A stretch of DNA of 64,000 nucleotides from a virus (lineage: Duplodnaviria; Caudoviricetes), in IMG/VR virus record IMGVR_UViG_3300049988_000286, positions 435,573 to 499,572 of that record; one strand, written 5' to 3'. Positions 28,505 to 41,973 of this stretch are shown here, in pieces. The notes beneath the pieces were generated by a model. The model was not told where the DNA came from. It saw only the letters and a program-made list of their open reading frames with translations, and did not search any database. How positions within the stretch are numbered: position 1 is the first letter of the stretch; the number at the start of each line of letters is the position of its first letter. Position numbers and translations under genes: made by a program.

Positions 28505-29385
28505 GCGAGAACCACGCCGGGCTTCACCTTGTCGGAGATCGTTGGGATCACACCCTTGCGAAGCATCTTCTGCTTGGATTCATCGCCGACGAGCCAGCGG
28601 TTCCAAGCCCGCACGAACAACTCGATCTTGTCCATCTCGGAGAGGTCATCGGACATCATCAGCTTGTCGCGAAGCTGATAGATCGCCGAAGAGGCGGAGA
28701 GATTCGCGCCGGTGCGGAAGGCTTCCATGAAGGTCTTGGCGTCGAGGGGACGCTTGGAGGACAGGATGTAGAACACCAGCCCGACGACGCTGCCTTTCGC
28801 CATGTTCTTCAGCCGGTGGCGCGAGTTATCGGTCCACGTCGCGATCTCGCGGATCAGAGCATCCTCTTTCACCCGATCGATCTGCTCCATCGTGCTGATC
28901 TGGGCGCGGCGACCAAGGTTGCCGTCGCGCTCCCACGCGATGACCGATCGCGCGATGGCGGCGGCGGTGTTGCTGTTCGCCACACCCTGAAAGGCGAGGT
29001 GATCGCCCGCACCCTTCGCCGTACCGGTGTCGATCGTGTAGCGACTGTCGCGCTCGACACCGACCACGAGCATGGTCTCGAAGCCAACCCCGGCGGCGAT
29101 GCACGCGTGGAGGCGATGCTGACCGTCGTTGAGGAGGCCTTCGCGCGAGACGATGATCGCCTCACCGTTGAAGCGGAAGCGTCCTGCGCGCATGTCCGCC
29201 TCGTACTGGGCTGATTTGGTGGGCCGGATGTTCCGGTTCTGCTCGTTGCGCGATAGGAGAACGGCAGCGCGCTCCGGTGTGATGACGAACCGCTCTGAAA
29301 CGATTCCCTGCTGGGCGGCGCGGAGAAGTGCGTTGAACCACTTCAGGGCATCCGCAGTAATTTCGAGGCTGGGTTTGATCTTCAT
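28501..29385 (-). CDS. ParB/Srx-like domain protein
   Basis: Start MKIKPSL after GGAG; NRNIR and LNDGQHRL motifs. Confidence 0.7.
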   Translation of the reverse strand: MKIKPSLEITADALKWFNALLRAAQQGIVSERFVITPERAAVLLSRNEQNRNIRPTKSAQYEADMRAGRFRFNGEAIIVSREGLLNDGQHRLHACIAAGVGFETMLVVGVERDSRYTIDTGTAKGAGDHLAFQGVANSNTAAAIARSVIAWERDGNLGRRAQISTMEQIDRVKEDALIREIATWTDNSRHRLKNMAKGSVVGLVFYILSSKRPLDAKTFMEAFRTGANLSASSAIYQLRDKLMMSDDLSEMDKIELFVRAWNRWLVGDESKQKMLRKGVIPTISDKVKPGVVLA

Positions 29386-29458
29386 GTTGTGCTCCACCTG
29401 CGGACTTGCCGCGAACTCGCCCTCTCTCGCGTGTCGCGAAAAGGAAAGCAACGAGAAT

Positions 29459-31240
29459 TTATGCCCGGTCGCGATACTCGTTGATAATCGTTTCCAACTC
29501 TGCAAGCCTACCTTGATCGCGCGCAGCGACGAGGAAGGCCTTTCCGGCTTCGATGTTCGAGAGATGGCCCGCGACACTGATCCCCAGACGCCGTGCGGCA
29601 TCCATCTTCTCCGAGACGCGGAGTTGGAAGAAGGCGTAGACGAGATGACGCGAGAGCGCGGGGATGTTGTCCGCTACAGCGACGCTAGGATAGCTTTGCT
29701 CACACCATCGGTTGCGTGCTTCCTGAACGATGCGGCGATCTTCATCGTCGAGGTCAATGTCGTATTTGGCTCGCAGACCATCTACGACATCGAGCACGCT
29801 CCCGAGCGTCTCCAACTCCGCGCCGGTCACCCCGGTGTCTTCTCGGTAAGTCCGAGGAATTCCGAGACATCAGCCCCCATGGTGAAGTAGAGGCCCGACA
29901 TCGAGGATTGGACCACCGTTCCGCGACGCACCGGAAAGACCTCCGCCTTGATCCCCCGCTCATCGAACAACTCCTCTGCGTGTTCGATCTTGAACAGGAG
30001 ACCGCGCGATTCGACGCGATCCTCCTCTGGCCCAAACCTCCGTAGCTTCACTGTGTTGTGCTTCTTCCCCTCAAGGCCTCCGCGATCCTTCTCATCGTTC
30101 CAGTAGCCACGCTCGCGCATAACGTCGTCGGGAACGATCGTTCCTTCGGAGAGGTAGATCACCGGCTCATTGACGGACCAGCGAAAGGAGCCGTCATCGA
30201 GGCGGTTGGCCACCACCTGATGCTCCACCCCCGCCAGTGATACGACGGACAGGCTGATACCTAGAGGGCGCACGGCAGTCACCGTGGTGATGATAGCGGT
30301 CATTCTTGTTCCCTTACTTTGATCGAAACGCTATTCAGATCGGGCGCGGAGCCGAAGTCGCCGTATCTGGCACCCTCGTCACTGACATCCCAGACGAAAT
30401 CATGACGGTCTACGTCAACGCCGAACCGCTGCGCGATTTGCTCGATCAACAAGTCAGTGACATCATCTTTCGAGAAGGTGTAAGTGGTCTCTTTCGCGAC
30501 CTTTACGTCAACCATATCATCACCTTATGTTCGGGACATCCCTGACGGCTTTCTGGATTTGTGCCATCGCGGACGAGAACTCACCCTCCCAGAGACGGCC
30601 AGCCTCGACATCGAGCGCCAGCTTCTCCGCCAAGGCGGCGATGACGCGCAGATTGACCGACGCGAGGCGGCTCTCTGGTGTCATCGCTCACCCTGCTTGG
30701 CGATCTGTTCGAGCGCCTCCGCTTGCCTTGCTGCGATCGACAGTGCCATGACCTTCTCCCTCCCCGAGGGGCCGAGCGCTTCATAGGCCGTCCCATAAAG
30801 GGAGAGCGCCATTAGGTCGAGGGCAGCCGACGACATCATTGCTCCGCGTCTCGGGACTGATAGGAGTCGATCACCTCCTTGTTGCGGTACCGCACGCCCT
30901 TGATCATGTTCTCGGAGACGTTCCGCTTGAACTCCTGCGTGAGCGTGGCGGCGATCACCGAGAGGGTCTTCCGCTCCGCCGACAACTCGATCACCCGCTT
31001 GGTGAACGAAGTCGAGTGATAGCCCGCGAATGAACTCGGGCTGCACTTGGAGGCATCGATCTTCTTCAAGACCGCGAAGGCTTCCTCTGGCACCTTGTCT
31101 GTTTTGCGCCAGTGCTGCAACGAGGACAGGGAATAGTCACTGTTCTCGGTGAAATTTGTCTGGGCGCGACGAGGCGACCCGAGATGCTCGGTCAACTCCG
31201 CGATAAAATCCGCCCATGGGCGGGTCTGTCCTTTGGCCAT
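29459..31240 (-). other. Hypothetical genes (29459-29830, 29827-30303, 30300-30515, 30836-31240)
   Basis: Co-oriented overlapping ORFs; no domain recognised. Confidence 0.5.
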
Positions 31241-31313
31241 TTCTTCAATCCAACTCCGTGCCGACACGATCACCAAGACCCTTTTCTCGGCAATGTCAAG
31301 CACGAACTTTGAA

Positions 31314-32243
31314 CTATGTGGATGACCGCTGCATCTTTTTCCAGTCGCTCTCCCACATTACGATCACCCGGTACCCCGCTTCCTCAAGCAGCCGCTGCTT
31401 CTCTAACGTGGACGCGTAATGGTGGCCAAACGTCTTCCCCGTTTTCAAATTTACCGCTTCCGGCGAATAGAGCGCAGGGTTCCCGTGCCAGTAATCTCCA
31501 TGGTACTCATAGATGGTGTTGGTGACCGGATCGAATCCATCGACACGATACCCCGTTCTCATCCCTTCAATAGGGAGGTAAACTTGCCGGTAAATGTCAC
31601 CATCCGGCAGTCCTACACTATCTAGGTAGGCTCTTTCGCCTTTGGAGATATGCTTCGAGCACTGCGGACAACCGGTGCGCTTACGCAGATGGGCGACAGC
31701 GATTTGACTGAACATTCCATGATCGGGGCAGACTACTTGGATGTGAGCAGTCATCGTAGTATAACTTTCCCTGACATAGGTATAGCGACCAGAGTGCACA
31801 TCGGAAGCCTCTCGGATAAAGTCATCGACGGGGAGCGTAGCAGTTCCTCCACACCGCGAGCATCCCTGACGAAGGTTAACATGGCCGCTCGGTCGTTGCT
31901 CAAACGGGCCGTGCAGCGCACAAATTATCGTCATCTTCTTGAGCGCAGTGGAGTAGGATGCCCGATCATATTGATAGCGTTCACCATGAACCTTCCGGGC
32001 ATCTTCAACAAAGTCATCGAAGGACTTACGACATCTCGTTCCTGTATCGGCAAAAGAACATAATCGGCAGCCTTTACCGGATAAATGGTCGCTGGGCCGT
32101 TGCTTAAATGTACCATGGATCGAGCATGTAATACTTACCGGAATACTATTCCTGAAATACGAAACAGAGTTGTATCCGTAGCGTTCTCCGTGCACTCTCC
32201 GAGCAGCATCAATAAATTGAGGTGTAGTCTTCCTAGCAGTCAT
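31314..32243 (-). mobile_element. Free-standing homing endonuclease (Zn-finger repeats plus Vsr-like/EDxHD nuclease)
   Basis: Three repeats of F(I/V)xxAxxVHGxRYxY...C(x2)HGxF with CxxC; C-terminal VDGFD...YEYHGDYWHG...VIVMWE. Confidence 0.8.
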
Positions 32244-32256
32244 ACCTTAATATTAG

Positions 32257-33876
<1,620 letters not shown>

Positions 33877-34909
33877 TCAATCCAGCATCGTCCGAAAACC
33901 AAAGAGCCGGAACAGCACTTCATCATCGGCGCGAATTTTGAAGCGATACCACAACTTCGCCCCACTGACGTATCGCGTCCAGCCGAGTCTGCTGTTTATC
34001 CATGTGCCCTGCACCTGCCAGATGAAGGGGATACCCTGATAGCGACAACCGGCGAATAGTCGGTAAAAGTCAGGATAACCCATCTCGACTACGAGTCGGA
34101 CCGTGCGCATTCGATTTCCTTGATTTGAACTTTGACAAACATCGCATCGAGGTCACGCATGATGAGGCGGCGGCGCGGTCGTTTATTGGGGAACATCCGT
34201 CTTCGCGAGTAGTAGGCGGGACCACGGAACAACGGCTTGGTGATCTTCCCGTAACCGGTCACGTAAGGAAATGTCGAGCACAAGAGCGGGATACCGACTT
34301 GCCTCGCCCATGCCATGAGGGTGCATAACTCCCGCAGGGAGAGCTTACGCTCCAAAGTGCGGTTACGCCCTCGCTGCCATTCTCGCCCTTTACGCGACCC
34401 TGACATACTCATCCCCGAGGAACAACAGGGTAATAGCCATATCGCAAGGCCTCACCATGAAACGTCGATGACGACGGCGCGTCTGATCTGCCATCAATTC
34501 ATACCTCGAACCTCGGTACACTCGTCGATAACCGCGCGCAAAACCCAACCCGGCAATCTGGACACAAGGGACTCCATTGGCTCGACACCAGCGCTTGAAT
34601 TCATTCACGCGTGAGCACGACTGATTGGCGAAGAAGTGCGCGTGAGGCATACCCCGCTATAGTTCACAGCATGAGGCGAAACAAGGCTTCATCTTGGGGC
34701 CGAACGAGGAAGACCATGGGAGTCGTCACGGGACACGGCGGTCCCGAGGCCCGCTCCACCCGTCTAGTCGATACAATGAAGCGCAAAGGCGCTGACATCT
34801 CTGCACCCGCGTAGGCGCGACCGCAGTACACCACGGGGATACCAGATTGGCGAGCCACTGTCATGGCTGCGACTAGGCGGTTGTAGATGGTGTGGACAAC
34901 GATACGCAT
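33877..34909 (-). other. Four tandem small paralogs (33877-34110, 34089-34412, 34390-34650, 34664-34909)
   Basis: Share C-terminal F-x-(V/I)-R-x-x-D-x-x-L/F motif; starts uncertain. Confidence 0.55.
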
Positions 34910-35019
34910 GGCGATCCTTTGAAGTCGAGCGCATAGCGCTCTCCTGATTTGCCTTCAAGCCCTCACTAGCGTTCGGTCTTTCGACAAATCACAAACCTTA
35001 ACTCATATTCCCATAGATA

Positions 35020-35500
35020 GAGACGATACTCTTTATCCCCTCCAAGACCAACTCATCACTGGGATGCGCGCACATGGGCGCGAACGCTGACCTTGGAGGG
35101 GGAAGAAGAATTGAAAACACATTCCCATGAGTATCAACGGATTAGCTCGCGCCCTCGGCGTCTATAGCGTGGCTGGTGGTCACCCGAGACCCAGCACTGG
35201 CGCGCTCTCCCAGACCCTTTCGGGTCTTGACGGTTATCTTGAAAGAAGCTCATCTGGGACGCCGCCTATTACCTTGACGCCCAGACGCGGAGGGGTGTCA
35301 GCAGGACATGGCCCTCCTCTTTTCGGTGTCTCTTGCTACCCGCTGTGCGCGGAACCGGCAACACCTACCCGGTCGGCTATCCTGCCCTACATCTTCCCGG
35401 AACACGGCGACTACGGCCACCTGCAAAGTCCATCGAATGTCTATTCAATCGGGCACACGGCCCTTGGATAAATTTGAGTCCTGTTGTAGAATCCGGCTTC
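35020..35500 (-). ncRNA. Candidate large structured ncRNA
   Basis: No credible ORF; minus-strand TTGACA-18-TACAAC upstream; several helices including AGACCC-GAAA-GGGTCT and long-range GCAGGAT/GTCCTGC. Confidence 0.45.
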
Positions 35501-35508
35501 GAGTCGTG

Positions 35509-37553
35509 TCAATTTCGGAATTCAACTACAGAGTAATTTATCCCAAATAATACCCGATCCTCTTCTGACGTGAAGATAAACCAAATATGGGGAGCGTGAT
35601 CTTCCACCAAGGGAGCGCTGGTAAGGTTAGCCTCGCACCATAGGAGAACTTCATCACGGAGCCACCACCGACTATCGAGCGGTGTAACATTTAGATCGCC
35701 GTCGAACAGATCAGCTTTCAACAGCCTGATGGTGTCCGCGACGCATGGGACGAGAAAGAAATTAGCACTGCATTCCAAGGCTCAACGCTCCGGAGAAACG
35801 CGGCGGAACACCATCGGCGAGATATTGCCGGATACGCGCCGCAGCCTGTGCGGCGGTTGGTTCGATGTTCGCCCAGCCACCATCGAAGAGGTAGGAGAAC
35901 GACACGCCCTCGACTCCGAACACATCGTTGGCGTACTGGTCCCAGCATTCGGTGCCACGCGGCACCGGGACACCGGCAGCGGGTCCATGGCCGAGCGCGC
36001 ACGCTACCGTGCCGCAGCCCATCTCCGCGACCCTATCCGCAACCTTGAGTTCATCCCTCTCCATCAGCGTTTCCTGCGCCGGGCTGTGGAAGTACGTCTC
36101 CATGTCGAAGTGGAGGTAGTTGCTCGGAAGCGCTTCGAGATGGCTCGCCAGCATGGCGAGGTTGTCGGCATGGCGTGGCTCGATCATCATTGCTTCCTGC
36201 TCTGGCCGATCTCTGGGCCAAACGCCGGATTGGTGAACACGCCGGTGCGTGCCCGCGAATCCAGCTTGGTCCGCTTGATCATGTTGTCGGTGAAGATGCG
36301 CTCGAATTCATCGGTGAGGATCACCGCTGCTTCCTTCTCGGTCTTACCCTCGTCGATCAGCGCGCGCAAGCGGCGAACCTCCGGCAACGACCACTTCTCC
36401 TTGTGGCGCTTCGGTGGCGGCGCGGGCTGCAATTCCGCAATGGCGGTGACGTAATCGGCATCAACCCAACCCCGCAATCGGAAGAATTGGATGCGCGACC
36501 GTGGTAGGCCGGTCTGATCTTCGAACACCGCTTGCCAACGGTGATACGCCCCGGTGCGGGTGGAGACAAGCGCCGCCCACTCCGTGTAGGGCATCGATCC
36601 GTCTTCCTGCACCTTGATTTTCTTCGACGACGCCGCTGCCATGTTCTTGTTCTTGGTCAGCAGCGTGGCGATCTCGGCGGTCAATCGAGCAACATCGCGT
36701 TCGAGATCGACGATCTCCTGCTTCTGCTGCTCGACCGTTGCGGTGAGGGTGATGTTCTCCTCGGTGAGACGCATCTTCTCCGCCCGCGCCTCCGAGAAGG
36801 TCTGGAAGGGCTGTGGCGTAGCCGAACGCGCGGGGACGATCGAGCGAATATACTCCGCCATCCCCCCTGCGCTATCGGCGGCACGGCGGATCGCCACAAG
36901 GGCGTTCTCGCGCTCGCCCGGATTGGTGGTTTCCCGCAATGCCATTTCCAGCATTGCCACAGCCCTCGTGTTCATCATTCGGCTGCCGCAGCCTCCGACG
37001 CCGACGCACCGGCATCATTGGCATTCATCGGGAGGCGCAGAAGCGCATCGCTGCTCACGCCGCGCATCTCGCGAATCAGGGCGATCGATTCGCGCATCTC
37101 GGCATTCATGTCGCGGAGGCCGATGAGTTCGGTCAACTGCGCGGTGTGCTCGGTGGCGAGGTGGGCGAACGGCCCCATCAACTCACCCATGCCCTCGTCG
37201 AAGGTGATGTTGCCACTGGTCATGTGGATGAACATCTTGAACATGTGGGTGGCGTCGGCGTGGAACGCGGACGGAATGGTGCCCAGAATGCGCTGAAGAG
37301 CAGCGCCGCCGGTAGGAACGTTGTTCGCGGTCAGGACGCCGCGCTCGGTGCGCTTCGTCGCCCAAGCGGGCATCTTGCCCCGCATTGGACCCTTGATCAG
37401 ACCCTTCCGGACCAGCTTGCGGCCATCGGGATTGTCGAGCAGAAATGCATTGAGCCGAATGGCGCTCGTGTTGAGCAGCTTGGCATACTGGGAGACATTG
37501 CCACCCGGAAGCGCTTCGATGAAGGCTGCGAGATGCTTGTTCGTCAGATTCAT
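35509..37553 (-). other. Hypothetical genes (35509-35778, 35762-36190, 36187-36978, 36975-37553)
   Basis: Co-oriented overlapping ORFs; 36187-36978 has a coiled coil and a possible C-terminal HTH/Myb-like segment. Confidence 0.55.
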
Positions 37554-37659
37554 TATCGGGTTCCTCGAATAGCCGCCCGTAGACGGCGACGCCATTCGAA
37601 ATCGCAAATCAACCCCAAGGTGTCAACGGCCTTCCCACGCACCAAGCAACAAATATGAT

Positions 37660-37692
37660 AAAAGGGGCGGGGGACAATCTATCCCCCACCCC
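37660..37692 (-). terminator. Intrinsic terminator
   Basis: Minus strand GGGGTGGGGGAT-AGATT-GTCCCCCGCCCC followed by TTTT. Confidence 0.65.
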
Positions 37693-37726
37693 CAGCGGTA
37701 GTTCGGTAATGTGTTTTTGACCTTCG

Positions 37727-38473
37727 TTAGATCAGACCCGCTTGCGCCTTCTGCTGGTCGTTCAACCAAAGTCCTCGGGCATCCAGTTCTGCTAGTGCGC
37801 GCTGCTGCTGCTCTCCGCGCTCGTGAATCGCCTGAATGATTACTGCATAGTTGGGAAGATCATCCATGCCGTTATCGATTTCCTCATCGAGAAGTTTACC
37901 ATGGTTGAGGCCATGGGCGTGAGCCTCGGCGGTGTTGCGATCAGGGTAGTAGTCCAAAATCGCATCCTCGGCATCGACGACGACGAAACGCGTTGCCGCT
38001 TCGTCGCTCACCTCGTGCCAGCCGTTGCCGGGACCGTCGTTCTCCGCCACACCCACGACGGTATGGGGGGTCAACTCGGCATCGATGTCGGCGGCGACCA
38101 TCTGGTGGTCGATATCGATATCCGCGTCGGTGATCTCTTCCTCATCAACCATGGCGTGCGACACACCCTTGAACCCCATTGCGGGATGGTCGGTAAAGAT
38201 GTTTCCGGTAGGGGGCACGTTATCGGGTGAGGGCGCTGTTGCGGGCTCGATGGTCTTGAGTGACCAATCGGGCTGGTGACCACTGTCAAATCCGGCAGCG
38301 ATCAACTCCGCGATATGGAACATCGCCGATTCGTCTTCGAGCACGCGCGGATCGGCGTTCAGCTTCCAGTATGGGGCAAAGCCCTCATGCTCGCCCGCGC
38401 GGACTGCGTTGATGATGGTGGTGTGGAGCGAATCGTCCTTGATCGCTTCCATGATGGTGATGAAGTGGCGCAT
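37727..38473 (-). CDS. Acidic protein with capsid-targeting-like N-terminus
   Basis: MRHFITIMEA; TAAATA 26 nt upstream with SD-like GAGGG. Confidence 0.55.
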   Translation of the reverse strand: MRHFITIMEAIKDDSLHTTIINAVRAGEHEGFAPYWKLNADPRVLEDESAMFHIAELIAAGFDSGHQPDWSLKTIEPATAPSPDNVPPTGNIFTDHPAMGFKGVSHAMVDEEEITDADIDIDHQMVAADIDAELTPHTVVGVAENDGPGNGWHEVSDEAATRFVVVDAEDAILDYYPDRNTAEAHAHGLNHGKLLDEEIDNGMDDLPNYAVIIQAIHERGEQQQRALAELDARGLWLNDQQKAQAGLI

Positions 38474-38545
38474 GTACCCTCGCGTGCAAAATCTCCCTCT
38501 ATTTAGTTTATTGCACACGGGATCGCCGCCCCGCTACCATCGGGT

Positions 38546-39355
38546 ATGGATATCACGATCGACAATATGCGCGCCATGGGGATGCGACCTAAGTGGTTCG
38601 GCCTCGGCTTCATCCAAATGAAGGCCAACGCCAACACGCGATTTCATTTTTGGCACCCCGACCTCCCTGCTGACGATGACCATTACGCCGATGAGTGGCA
38701 CGATCATCGCTACGATTTCACCTCCACGGTGATGCGCGGCAGCCTTGTGACCCAAATCGCCACGGTGGTGCCGATTGCGGGCGGCAGGACGGCGCAATAC
38801 CACGTTTGTTGTCAGACAGGCCAACTCGCCCTCGACGGCACCGTTGATGCCACGCCATCGACTACCTTCACCACCCCGGCGGGAAATAACTATTTTCTCC
38901 ACCGCGATGTTTTTCACCGCGTGCGACCCGGCGGTGATGGCCGTGTGGCGACCTTGCAGGAGCGCTACAATGAAGTGAAGGCTACCGCGCGCGTCGTCCG
39001 TGCGATGGGGCGGGAATCCGCCAACCCGTTCGATAGTCATATTCCGGAGGAGCGCTTGTGGGAGGTGATCCGCGACATCTGGGACGAGCCTCTCGCCACG
39101 GTGGACAATCCGGGTTATCACCTTTCACCTATCCCTTGCGGCGTCCTCGGTGAGGCCTCGAAGGTGTTGGAGGAAGCCTTGGAGTTGGTCGATGCCGAGC
39201 GTCAGGATGCGCGCATCATGGAATTGGTAGAGTTGAGCGATCTCCTCGGGGCGGTTCGCGCCTTCATGGACCGCCGCCATCCCGGATACTCGATCGACGA
39301 TCTCAAGGTTTTCTCCGACATCACCCGCCGCGCGTTTGAGAATGGCCATCGATGA
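38546..39355 (+). CDS. Cupin-like domain fused to a MazG/HisE-like NTP pyrophosphohydrolase
   Basis: WHDHRYDF...LHRDVFHRV cupin-type His motifs; C-terminal KVLEEALEL...VELSDL helical acidic motif. Confidence 0.6.
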   Translation: MDITIDNMRAMGMRPKWFGLGFIQMKANANTRFHFWHPDLPADDDHYADEWHDHRYDFTSTVMRGSLVTQIATVVPIAGGRTAQYHVCCQTGQLALDGTVDATPSTTFTTPAGNNYFLHRDVFHRVRPGGDGRVATLQERYNEVKATARVVRAMGRESANPFDSHIPEERLWEVIRDIWDEPLATVDNPGYHLSPIPCGVLGEASKVLEEALELVDAERQDARIMELVELSDLLGAVRAFMDRRHPGYSIDDLKVFSDITRRAFENGHR

Positions 39356-39864
39356 ACATCGACTACCGCATCATCGCTGACGCGATCGACCACTACCGCG
39401 CAGTCGGTTACCGACAGGTAGAGGTTCCGTGGATGGTCGATCGCGCGGTAGTGGCTCAAACATTTCTTGGTCGCGGCTTTGGGGTTGATGATGGGCGCGT
39501 GCTGGTGGGATCGGCTGAACAGGGCTTTATCGCTTCACCCCATCGGGGTAAATTGATGGCGTGTTCGCCGTGTTTCCGTCCTGACACGATTGATGAGTTT
39601 CATCAGGAGCAATTCGTCAAACTTGAACTTTACAACGACGTGGAGACCAGTGACGCTGATCTTCAATCCATGATCCGCGAAGCACGGTCATTTTTCGCCC
39701 GGCATGGCGAGGCCAAGATCGAGGAGACTGTCGAGGGTTGGGACATCACCATCGCGGGTATCGAGGTTGGTAGTTATGGACGCCGCCGCCACGATGATAC
39801 GACTTGGCTATATGGAACCGGTGTGGCTTTACCCAGATTGAGTATCGCACAGCTTTGGTTATAA
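39352..39864 (+). CDS. Minimal class II aminoacyl-tRNA synthetase-like catalytic core
   Basis: Motif 1-like YRQVEVPW, motif 2 SPCFRPD...FVKLEL, GIEVGSYG, motif 3 GTGVALPRL; only 170 aa. Confidence 0.65.
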   Translation: MNIDYRIIADAIDHYRAVGYRQVEVPWMVDRAVVAQTFLGRGFGVDDGRVLVGSAEQGFIASPHRGKLMACSPCFRPDTIDEFHQEQFVKLELYNDVETSDADLQSMIREARSFFARHGEAKIEETVEGWDITIAGIEVGSYGRRRHDDTTWLYGTGVALPRLSIAQLWL

Positions 39865-39920
39865 CGACATAAGTTCATCCTCCAGCCGATAAATATCGGA
39901 TAGATCGGAGGAGGAGTAAC

Positions 39921-41086
39921 ATGGCTGGTGGGTACGTTTTTCTTGAGGAACGCTATGGAAACTCACCCCCTTATCGATCGTGTTATTGGTCTGATGACGG
40001 CACTGTCAACGGTGTCTTGACGCGAGCCAACCACGTAGATGGTGGCGCTGGCGGAACCGATCCCGCACTCCTTCAAGCGATTCGCGACCGGCTCCCGGAT
40101 GATCTAGGGGCACAAGCCGCAGCGGAAAGCCTCTCGGTGGTCTTCGCCACCGACGCTACGAATGTCTCGCGTTCCGACGTGCAGACGCTGGCGACAACGA
40201 TGCATAATGATCTTTCCGCCATTGTGGCCAAGATTGACACTGCGCCCATCCCGGCAGGAACTGCTGTGATCGGCTATGTGAAGCAGCGTGGCTCCAGCGA
40301 TTATGCAACCGGACAGGTGACTGTTGGAGCAACTCCGGTAATGATCGTAGCAGCGCGACCAACGCGTTCCAAGTTGGTATTGAGTCCCACGACTGCGGCG
40401 GCGTTCTATGTCGGTGGCCCCGGTGTCTCATCAACAACGGGAATGTTTATCGGTTCTGGTGGCACGGTGAACATGGAGACGGCCGCAGCCGTTTATGCCG
40501 TAGCCGCGTCGAGTTCATTCACTCTGTCATATGTCGAATACTGGGCATGAGTGACATAAGCTATTCGACAAACATGGCGGCTTTGGTCAGCCAGACTGCT
40601 GCGATCGTTGGTGCACAATCAATGACCAAGTTCGTCGCCGATGGTGAAACGATAACGCTAGCTGATTTGATGGCGCGCTTTCCCGCAAGCGCTTTGTATA
40701 GGGGTTGGTACGCCCATGTCTCCGACCTTTACGGTAGTCTCGACGAGGTGTTGCGCTGCCGCTTCGACGGATTATTCTATCGCTGGGTGCCGCAGCGTGA
40801 CCAGTACATTCAGAACTCGCCGATAGCGAGTGGCACGATTGCCCTCACGCCGATGTTCATGGCACCGATTGTCAACCTTACCGCGAATCCGACCAGTAAC
40901 ATCATGGTGGTTCCGTCCTCGCAATACGCCTACCTTGGCCAGACCTTCCGTGTTAATCAGCTTGGTGTCTTGGGTGTTTTTGGTATTAGCATCAGCGGTT
41001 TGCTCGGAGGGGGCACTGTTCCTCTGTTGAGCGGAAGCAGTAAGCTGATGGTTTTCGACGTGGGTGGATGGCGAGTTATCGCCTGA
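39921..41086 (+). other. Two late, probably structural genes (39921-40550, 40547-41086)
   Basis: TAAATA at 39890, strong SD GGAGGAGG, A/T/G-rich beta-type sequences, ATGA overlap. Confidence 0.55.
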
Positions 41087-41765
41087 AGTGGCTATAGCCC
41101 TTGACTAGCCCGACGCGGAACTCGGTCACTGCTACGCTTTTATCAAACTGCCCGGTCAACCGATCGGGGAAATCTGCTACCTGCCATGCGGCATGATCCC
41201 ATGGTTGCACCGAGCGTGCCGGTGCTCCCTTCCATGCGCCACCGCCAGATGAACTGATTTTGCTCTTCGGCCAATAGGTCTCTGGATCGAGCCCAGCGAT
41301 GAAGTCGGCACTCGCCCTCTGCGCGTCTTCGTACTCGGAAAACGGTCCAAGTGTCGTGGAGGTCTTCTCGTCATCTGCCGTCCACCAACTGACTTCCGCA
41401 TGTAGGACCGATTCGCGACGGGGATAGATCGTCACCGGGATGTTCTTGCCACCACGCCGCATCACCATGGCGGTTCGGTGTCGGCCTTCGTGGCCCAGAA
41501 CAGCCCCGGATGGAAAGGCGACGTTGAGGAAAGGCATTTCGAAACGCCCAAAGCCTTCATCGCGTCCACGCTCATCCCGGTATTGATCCGCATCGAGGGG
41601 GAAAGGGCGGGCAAGGATATCTGCGAGGACTTCGGGGGTGGAGGTCAACCGTAGGAAATCCATGGGAGCCATTGTGATGATGAAGGCCCCGTAGCTACCA
41701 CGAACGCGACCCATGGTGTTGCGCACTAGCGGGAGATTGCTTTCAAGTAAATCACAGAGCAGCAT
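41076..41765 (-). CDS. ParB/Srx-like protein with capsid-targeting-like N-terminus
   Basis: MLLCDLLES 4 nt after TAAATA; MPFL...GHEGRHRTA motif. Confidence 0.6.
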   Translation of the reverse strand: MLLCDLLESNLPLVRNTMGRVRGSYGAFIITMAPMDFLRLTSTPEVLADILARPFPLDADQYRDERGRDEGFGRFEMPFLNVAFPSGAVLGHEGRHRTAMVMRRGGKNIPVTIYPRRESVLHAEVSWWTADDEKTSTTLGPFSEYEDAQRASADFIAGLDPETYWPKSKISSSGGGAWKGAPARSVQPWDHAAWQVADFPDRLTGQFDKSVAVTEFRVGLVKGYSHFRR

Positions 41766-41973
41766 GGTGTATTTAGATTGACGCCTCGGTGTAGTTCGCG
41801 TATCGCCAAGGTATGAACCTTTTCGTCTCCCTCGTTCTCGCGCTCGCAACCCTCGGCGCGGGCATCATCCTCTCCGTCACGGTGCCACGCTGGTTCGAGC
41901 ACCGTCATCGCTCGGCGGTGATGATCACCATCTGGTTGATCTCGCTGGTGACGGCTGTTGGGCTGATCTTCGC

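Noticed and set aside
35127-35471. 114-aa plus-strand ORF (and overlapping 35308-35550, 35333-35536)
   Set aside because: No clear SD or TAAATA, atypical composition, opposite to the flanking operon; better explained as the antisense of a structured RNA.
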